Shown one piece after another: positions 7,786-13,370 of a DNA stretch of 13,370 nucleotides; position 1 is the first letter of the stretch, and the number at the start of each line of letters is the position of its first letter. This stretch comes from Limisphaerales bacterium. Lineage in GTDB: Bacteria; Verrucomicrobiota; Verrucomicrobiia; Limisphaerales; JAJOIW01. The stretch lies in the NCBI GenBank assembly GCA_965657355.1, contig CBFHOE010000001.1, forward strand, positions 308,855-322,224. The letters run 5' to 3'. The notes under the pieces were generated by a model. It searched no databases. It was not told the DNA's origin and saw only the letters and a list, made by a program, of their open reading frames with translations. The position numbers were made by a program, and so were the translations under genes.

Positions 7786-9261
7786 TCAGTATCTTCGCCA
7801 TAAAGTCGGTAAAAATAATACCAATATGGCGAAGAATTCCAACCTTCCCAAAACCATGAGAAAGCACATAAAATATTTGGTGATGGGACCGGTTGAACTA
7901 AAATTACTGGCTGGGCCTAAATCACCAATTGCCGGTCCAATATTAAAGAGGCAGGCTATACTTCCAGAGAAAGCGGCAACAAATTCTAATTCCGGTTCCA
8001 GGCCAGCAATAATAACGGTCCCGACCCCAAGTGTTACCCAGGCCAGGCATATCAAAAAAAGGGCTTGATTGATTTGATCTTGTCCTAAGAGAGAACCGTT
8101 TAACTTAATACTATTTACTTTTGCGGGCCTAAATGATGAATGAACTTGATGCCATACCATCTTGAAGAAAATCAACCACCGACTTATTTTTATTCCCCCT
8201 GATGTGGATCCGGTCGAACCACCAAATCCCATTAGTAATAGCAGAATGATCCATGTGAAATGCGGCCACAAATTATAGTCCCGTGTTGAATATCCTGTTG
8301 TGGTCATTATGGAGATACCCTGAAAATATGCCGCCCTTAGATTGTCTTTCCATGAATCTCCAACATCGCCACTAAATTGAATGCTTACAAAAATCAAAAG
8401 TGGGAAAAAAATGAGTAAAGTGAGGTAGAGGTACAACTCCTCATCACGTTTAAATGAAAACCACTTGTTTTCCGTAATTGCAACATACAGAAGGAAGTTA
8501 ATCCCACCTAATATCATGAATATCATAATCCAAACTTCAATAGCTGGATTGTTGAAATGTCCAATGGACCCGTCTTGTGTGCTAAATCCAGCCGTGGAGA
8601 TGCAGGTGAACGAATGACATATGGCATCAAATAGTGACATTCCGAGAATCTTAAGGCCGAGAAAGCAAATCAAAGTAAGGCCAGCGTATAGAATCCAGAC
8701 GCGAGCAGAAAGCTCTCCGATACGCATTCTCAGGTTTCCAACCGGTTGGGCTGATGATTCATGACTAAATAGTGTCTTGTTCCCCATACCCAAGTGGGAT
8801 AGAAGGGCGACAAATAGAACCAAAATACCTAATCCTCCCAGCCACTGAGATAAAGCCCTCCAGAAAAGTAAAGGTTGGCTCAAGTCATGAAGATTGGTCA
8901 TGCATGTGGCTCCGGTTGTTGTGAATCCAGAGACTGACTCGAATAAAGCGAATGAGAAAGGAAGGTGTGGCTGGCAGAGTATAAAGGGGAGGGAACCAAA
9001 ACCCGCAACCAAAATCCAGCCTAACCCAACTATGGCCACTCCTTCTTTTCTTGAGATTCTTTCAGGGGAATTAAGGCCAAAAAGAATAAGGAGAGAACTA
9101 AAAGCAATAGTTAGTAATGTTGAAAATCCGAAACCACGAGTATCTTCGGATTGATTCCATGATCCTTCGATTAACCAAGCAATGGCGAAACAAATACCCA
9201 TGGCTGCACCAACCATTAGTAAAAGAAGTCCCAATACTTTACTTAGTAATTTTAAATTCAC
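7786..9261 (-). CDS. trkH: Trk system potassium uptake membrane protein TrkH
   Basis: Multi-TM protein of 491 aa with four pore-loop signatures (ESVSGFTTTG, CISTAGF, MTTTGY, FNIGP), plus QWLGGLG, GGSTGSTSGGIKISR and LGRLE. It lies directly downstream of trkA. Confidence 0.96.
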   Translation of the reverse strand: MNLKLLSKVLGLLLLMVGAAMGICFAIAWLIEGSWNQSEDTRGFGFSTLLTIAFSSLLILFGLNSPERISRKEGVAIVGLGWILVAGFGSLPFILCQPHLPFSFALFESVSGFTTTGATCMTNLHDLSQPLLFWRALSQWLGGLGILVLFVALLSHLGMGNKTLFSHESSAQPVGNLRMRIGELSARVWILYAGLTLICFLGLKILGMSLFDAICHSFTCISTAGFSTQDGSIGHFNNPAIEVWIMIFMILGGINFLLYVAITENKWFSFKRDEELYLYLTLLIFFPLLIFVSIQFSGDVGDSWKDNLRAAYFQGISIMTTTGYSTRDYNLWPHFTWIILLLLMGFGGSTGSTSGGIKISRWLIFFKMVWHQVHSSFRPAKVNSIKLNGSLLGQDQINQALFLICLAWVTLGVGTVIIAGLEPELEFVAAFSGSIACLFNIGPAIGDLGPASNFSSTGPITKYFMCFLMVLGRLEFFAILVLFLPTLWRRY

Positions 9262-9291
9262 CTGATATTGCGGGAGTAATGTTAACCTGAT

Positions 9292-10641
9292 TCAAACTAG
9301 AAGCTTGATAAGTTTGGGGATAGCTTTGACGGGTGCTGCAACATAAATGTTATCGCCTTTTTTAATTGTATCATCTCCATTGGGAACGAGTGCTTCTTGG
9401 CTTCTCACAATGGCGACGATTCCACTGTTGGTGGGCCACTCAATCGATGAAAGTGTTTTGCCTAGAGATTCACTTTTGTCTGAAACAGTCATTTGGATGA
9501 CTTTTGCTTTACCAGGAAGCTCAAGAACGGTGTGGTAAGTCTCCGTTGGCACAAATCTCAAGAGTTCACGCGCAGTGACTACTCTTGGAGATACCGCAGC
9601 TAATATTCCGATATTAGCCTTGTTTCTTTCAATGACACTTGCGTAATCGGCTCTTCTGATCAAGGCGAGACAATACCGAGTGCCGAGACTATTAGCTTCC
9701 AAGCAGGCAATGACATTATCTTCGTCTTCATCACTAGAAGCTATGAAGAAATCAGCTATCCCAACTTGCTCTTCAATTAAATTTTGAAGCGAAGTGCCAT
9801 CAGCATTAAGAATGACTGTTTTTCTGAATAGCTCGGTAAGTTGAGTGCATCTTGTGCGGTCGGATTCGAGAATTCTGACTTCAAAATTTCCAGCCTCTAG
9901 TGTTTGGGCCAATGTCACTCCATATTCACTGCCACCAAAGATGACAACTTTAGACTTACGCTTGGGAGTATGATTAAGTTTTAATGAAGATATAAAATCT
10001 TCGAGTTTTTGAGACCTTCCGAATAAGGATACGACATCCCCAACCTCAAGGCAGTCCCGTCCACTTGGAACTATGAATTCTTCGTTTCTTATGATGAATG
10101 CTAGTCGGATCCTATCAGGTAAATTCAGCTCAGAAACGGTAGATGATAAAAGTGGTGATTCATTTGTAACTTTAACCTGCTGGATTTCTATCCTGCCTCT
10201 TGCAAATTCTTCGACGAAAATCCCCTCTGGATTTCTAACGTATTTAGCAAGCTCCATCGCCGCCAACCCTTCCGTTGAAAAGAATTGGTCAATTTTGAAA
10301 TGATTTCGAAAGTCAAAAAGCCATTCCTCCCTCTCTAGGCTTGAACTTATTCTGCACACAGTGTAAGCCGCACCCATGGCCTTAGCTATGGAGCAGGAGA
10401 CCATATTCGCGGAATCATCTTGGGTGACAGAGAGAAATAGGTCAGTGTCAGCCATATTGACCTCGGCTAGTGTGGTAGCGGATGCCCCATCAGAGCGGTG
10501 AACGCTTATATCTAGGGTATCCCCTAATTGATTCAACACCTCCTCTGAACGGTCGATAACAGTAATGTCACGTGTTTTTGTCGAAAATTCATAGGCCAAA
10601 TGGCGACCAATTTCTCCGGCCCCCATGATCACAATCTTCAC
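9292..10641 (-). CDS. trkA: Trk system potassium uptake regulatory subunit TrkA (two RCK domains)
   Basis: The probable start is GTG at 10641 (MKIVIMGAGEIG), which gives 449 aa, the usual TrkA size. The second RCK begins at VVIFGGSEYG, with TrkA-C domains ending IVPSGRDCLEVGD and VPNGDDTIKKGD. Confidence 0.95.
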   Translation of the reverse strand: MKIVIMGAGEIGRHLAYEFSTKTRDITVIDRSEEVLNQLGDTLDISVHRSDGASATTLAEVNMADTDLFLSVTQDDSANMVSCSIAKAMGAAYTVCRISSSLEREEWLFDFRNHFKIDQFFSTEGLAAMELAKYVRNPEGIFVEEFARGRIEIQQVKVTNESPLLSSTVSELNLPDRIRLAFIIRNEEFIVPSGRDCLEVGDVVSLFGRSQKLEDFISSLKLNHTPKRKSKVVIFGGSEYGVTLAQTLEAGNFEVRILESDRTRCTQLTELFRKTVILNADGTSLQNLIEEQVGIADFFIASSDEDEDNVIACLEANSLGTRYCLALIRRADYASVIERNKANIGILAAVSPRVVTARELLRFVPTETYHTVLELPGKAKVIQMTVSDKSESLGKTLSSIEWPTNSGIVAIVRSQEALVPNGDDTIKKGDNIYVAAPVKAIPKLIKLLV

Positions 10642-10767
10642 TAAGGATCGATTTAACTCTAGTTTCAGTAATATTAAAGTAAAATTTTTATGTCCGATCG
10701 TGATTTCCACGTATCGTAACCAGAAAATGTTTTGAATTGTTTGTGACTCCCGAGTTGAATAAAGCAT

Positions 10768-11871
10768 ATGAATCGTCCTACTGAATTTGCCGAGGAAAGA
10801 GTTTTGACTCCTGCTTTATTGGTTGATCCAGATAGAGTTAGGCAAAACCTTGAACATATGCTGGAAATGGTAAACGGTGACGCCAGTCGACTAAAACCTC
10901 ATATAAAAACCAATAAAAGCAGGGATGTACTTAACCTTTTTTTGGAATTTGGAATTGATCAAGTGAAATGCGCCACGTTGGCAGAAGTCGAATTGGCGGC
11001 GACCTCCGGAATGGTTAAAATTCTGTTTTGTAAACAGGCCTCCATTTCCGAACTTGATTGGATTCTTTCATTCCAGCAATCAAATCCAGGACTTCACTTT
11101 TCTGTTTTATGTGATTCTCTGGATCATTTTAAGGTAATGGAATCATATATCCGCGATCGGAAATCCAAGCTCGGTATTGTCGTTGATATAAACTGTGGCA
11201 TGTCAAGGACAGGGATTGAATTTGGTCCGAAAGCAACTGATCTCATTCGAGCTATCTCCCAGTCGCCAGTTTTGTCAATGTTAGGTCTTCAGTTTTATGA
11301 CGGTCACGCAACATCTCCGGATATCAATAAAAGAGAAGACCAATTTGATGATTGGCTCATTCCTGTTCAAGATTGGCTTCATTCTGATTTGGAAGGCAAG
11401 ATTCCTATCGATGAAATTATGGCCGGGGGCAGTCCGACATTTTCATTTGTTGCAGAAAAAACAGATTGGCTTTGCTGCCCTGGAACTACTGTGTTTTGGG
11501 ATTATGGGTATGATTCAAAATACCCCGAGTATCTTTTCAAGCCTGCAGTTACGGTGGCTTGCCGAGTGATCAGTATTCCAGAGCCGGATGTTTATTGCCT
11601 CGATTTAGGCCACAAGGCTATCGCATCAGAAAACCCCATTAACAAAAGAGTGTTTTTTCCAGATTTCCCGGAAGCTGAATTTATAAAACATAGTGAGGAA
11701 CACCTAGTTATCAAATTGAATGCTAAAAGCCCTCTGCGCATTGGCACCATCATGCACGGGATACCATGGCATATTTGTCCAACAATAGCTTTGTACGACC
11801 GTCTTCTAGTTTTAGAAAATAATGGTGGATTTTCAGGTGTATGGAATGTCTCGGCAAGGACACGTCTTTGA
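10768..11871 (+). CDS. Fold-type III PLP-dependent enzyme, D-threonine aldolase / D-serine dehydratase (DSD1) family
   Basis: TPALLVD, PLP-lysine motif PHIKTNK, KCATLAE, DINCGMSRTG, YDGH, GGSPTF, DLGHKA, SEEH and the metal site PWHICPT. Confidence 0.9.
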   Translation: MNRPTEFAEERVLTPALLVDPDRVRQNLEHMLEMVNGDASRLKPHIKTNKSRDVLNLFLEFGIDQVKCATLAEVELAATSGMVKILFCKQASISELDWILSFQQSNPGLHFSVLCDSLDHFKVMESYIRDRKSKLGIVVDINCGMSRTGIEFGPKATDLIRAISQSPVLSMLGLQFYDGHATSPDINKREDQFDDWLIPVQDWLHSDLEGKIPIDEIMAGGSPTFSFVAEKTDWLCCPGTTVFWDYGYDSKYPEYLFKPAVTVACRVISIPEPDVYCLDLGHKAIASENPINKRVFFPDFPEAEFIKHSEEHLVIKLNAKSPLRIGTIMHGIPWHICPTIALYDRLLVLENNGGFSGVWNVSARTRL

Positions 11872-11873
11872 TT

Positions 11874-12461
11874 CTAAGGAATTTCTTCGACATCCCCTTC
11901 GATTTGGAGAACTGGTTTTTTTGGCTCAATTTTTTCTTTCCATGCTTCAATTAGTGCCTGATAGAATTTTTTGTCTGCTTCATCTTCCTTCGGTACGGGG
12001 ATTCCAAAAGTTTGATTGTTTTTTGCTTTAATTATTAGCATGGAAAACCCCGGATGTGTCTCATCTTCTAGGTTCATCTGAACGTCCACTATATCCGAGA
12101 GAAGAACTGGAAAAATCTTCAATTTGCCACCTTCTTTTTGGTAGGTAATGAATTTGTCTGGGGTTATTAAATTTCCATCTTCGGTTATAGAAAAAAGGCC
12201 ACCTGATATAAAAAGCGATATCTCATCCTTCTCGTCAATAATTCCTTCTTTTTCAAGCTGACTCAGATGCCTTGAATGAATGTCCTCACCCGAATATAAA
12301 ACATTCGTATCAGGGAAAATTCCCATCAAAGTGGCTACCTGGAGGAAAATAAGTGATAAAAGAAGCGTTGCTATTATTGATAAAGCCACGATGTAAAATG
12401 CCTTTTTGCCAGAAAATCTCTTTTTCTTGCCTTCTTCATTTTCTTTCAGGTCGCCACTCAT
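11874..12461 (-). CDS. Hypothetical single-pass membrane protein
   Basis: 195-aa ORF with a Lys-rich N-terminus, one TM helix (AFYIVALSIIATLLLSLIFLQVATLMGIF) and an acidic soluble domain (DEISLFISGGLFSITEDGNLITPDKFITY). Confidence 0.75.
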   Translation of the reverse strand: MSGDLKENEEGKKKRFSGKKAFYIVALSIIATLLLSLIFLQVATLMGIFPDTNVLYSGEDIHSRHLSQLEKEGIIDEKDEISLFISGGLFSITEDGNLITPDKFITYQKEGGKLKIFPVLLSDIVDVQMNLEDETHPGFSMLIIKAKNNQTFGIPVPKEDEADKKFYQALIEAWKEKIEPKKPVLQIEGDVEEIP

Positions 12462-12561
12462 TTCCCATCAAGATATCAAAAATGTAGAAAAGGAAAAGAT
12501 GTGGAAACTAATTTCTTTCTGGGAGGCTCGATCACATTTATGATTTGTCGTTAGAACATTT

Positions 12562-13275
12562 ATGCAGACATATTCTTTTGGCATATTTCCAGTGAAAAAT
12601 TTCAAAAGGTATCTTCTACCAATTGTTGGAGGCGGCCTCTTGCTATGTCTGATATCAATCTCAATCGTTTTTTTTTGCTACGCGCACGTATCAAAAGTGA
12701 CAAAGGATTCTATTTTCTCTATGAGGGAATTGGATAAATTACCTCATAAAAAAGTAGGGCTCGTATTAGGAACCATAAAATTTTTACCAAATAATAAGGT
12801 AAATCTTTTTTACAAAAACCGAATATTCGCGGCGTACCAGCTATATCAGTCTGAAAAAGTAGATTTTCTTCTATTGAGCGGGGATAACTCTCGTAAAGAT
12901 TATGATGAGCCCTCAACCATGGCCAAAGACCTTGTTGAAATGGGGGTGCCCGAGAATAGAATTTATTGCGATTTTGCTGGATTTAGAACTTTGGATTCAA
13001 TAATCCGAGCAAAAGAGGTTTTTAATGCCACTGAATTAGCAATCGTTTCGCAGGAATTTCATTTGGAAAGAGCTTTATACATTGCACAACAAAAGGGTCT
13101 TGATGCCGTTGGTTTCGTTGCCAATGACCCTTTCGCTCAACCTTCTTCCTATACCCACCTTAGAGAATATGCAGCGAGAGTCGCGGCATTTCTGGATATT
13201 CATATCATTCGCCGAAAACCTAAGTTTTTAGGCCCTAAAGTAAATATTTCACATTTGACCCCTCAATCAAGGTGA
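12562..13275 (+). CDS. sanA: SanA (ElyC/SanA/YdcF, DUF218 family) envelope protein
   Basis: N-terminal TM anchor followed by GLVLGT, LLSGDNSRKDYDEP, DFAGFRTLDSIIRAKEVF, SQEFHLERALYIA, REYAARV and PKFLG. The start may instead be GTG at 12592. Confidence 0.9.
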   Translation: MQTYSFGIFPVKNFKRYLLPIVGGGLLLCLISISIVFFCYAHVSKVTKDSIFSMRELDKLPHKKVGLVLGTIKFLPNNKVNLFYKNRIFAAYQLYQSEKVDFLLLSGDNSRKDYDEPSTMAKDLVEMGVPENRIYCDFAGFRTLDSIIRAKEVFNATELAIVSQEFHLERALYIAQQKGLDAVGFVANDPFAQPSSYTHLREYAARVAAFLDIHIIRRKPKFLGPKVNISHLTPQSR

Positions 13276-13285
13276 AATCCTCCTT

Positions 13286-13301
13286 GCACAACATGTAGTG
13301 T
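13286..13301. promoter_or_regulatory. NrdR box 1
   Basis: GCACAACATGTAGTGT matches the NrdR-box consensus acaCwAtATaTwGtgt at 13 of 16 positions, including all upper-case core positions. Confidence 0.82.
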
Positions 13302-13316
13302 TTTTGGTTTTTGATG

Positions 13317-13332
13317 GCTCTATATATAGGGT
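13317..13332. promoter_or_regulatory. NrdR box 2
   Basis: GCTCTATATATAGGGT matches the consensus at 13 of 16 positions with the perfect palindromic core CTATATATAG. It starts exactly 31 bp after box 1. Confidence 0.82.
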
Positions 13333-13370
13333 TCCTCTTTACAGTGGAAAAATTTCTGATTTAAATAGGT

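Noticed and set aside
10642..10770. 42-aa N-terminal extension of TrkA giving abutting head-to-head start codons (CATATG) with the PLP enzyme gene
   Set aside because: TrkA homology begins at GTG 10641. The extension is AT-rich and better explained as the divergent promoter region.
619..12916. Short alternative-frame and antisense ORFs in the track (e.g. 619-813, 708-1004, 1112-1315, 3652-3834, 3974-4204, 7195-7525, 7826-8068, 8894-9154, 9347-9538, 10073-10303, 11297-11569, 11750-12031, 12719-12916)
   Set aside because: All overlap well-supported genes and show no recognisable motifs, so they are shadow ORFs.
1..13370. CRISPR array, IS element, prophage, integrase, defence system or riboswitch
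   Set aside because: I saw no regularly spaced repeats, terminal inverted repeats, transposase/integrase/nuclease motifs or recognisable riboswitch consensus. An Rfam cmscan of the intergenic regions would be the decisive check for structured RNAs.

Overview
This is an AT-rich, gene-dense bacterial chromosomal window. The organism is probably from the PVC superphylum (Verrucomicrobiota-like), inferred from the PVC-type CxxCH protein, the futalosine-pathway mqnA and the TPR family. From left to right it holds: the 3' part of a PVC-type heme-binding CxxCH protein with an NPCBM module; a two-TM hypothetical protein; tRNA-Glu(UUC); a probable unannotated 24-aa membrane microprotein; a minus-strand run of HAD phosphatase, TPR protein, mqnA and a LolA-like protein; a secreted S9 peptidase; trkA-trkH; a fold-type III PLP enzyme (D-TA/DSD1 family); a single-TM hypothetical protein; and sanA. 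It ends in a tandem pair of NrdR boxes 31 bp apart, which predicts a ribonucleotide reductase operon just beyond the window. Most of the content is housekeeping. I found no mobile element, CRISPR array or defence system, and I cannot support a major new system. The best leads are the microprotein, the apparently circularly permuted NPCBM domain and the NrdR operator.
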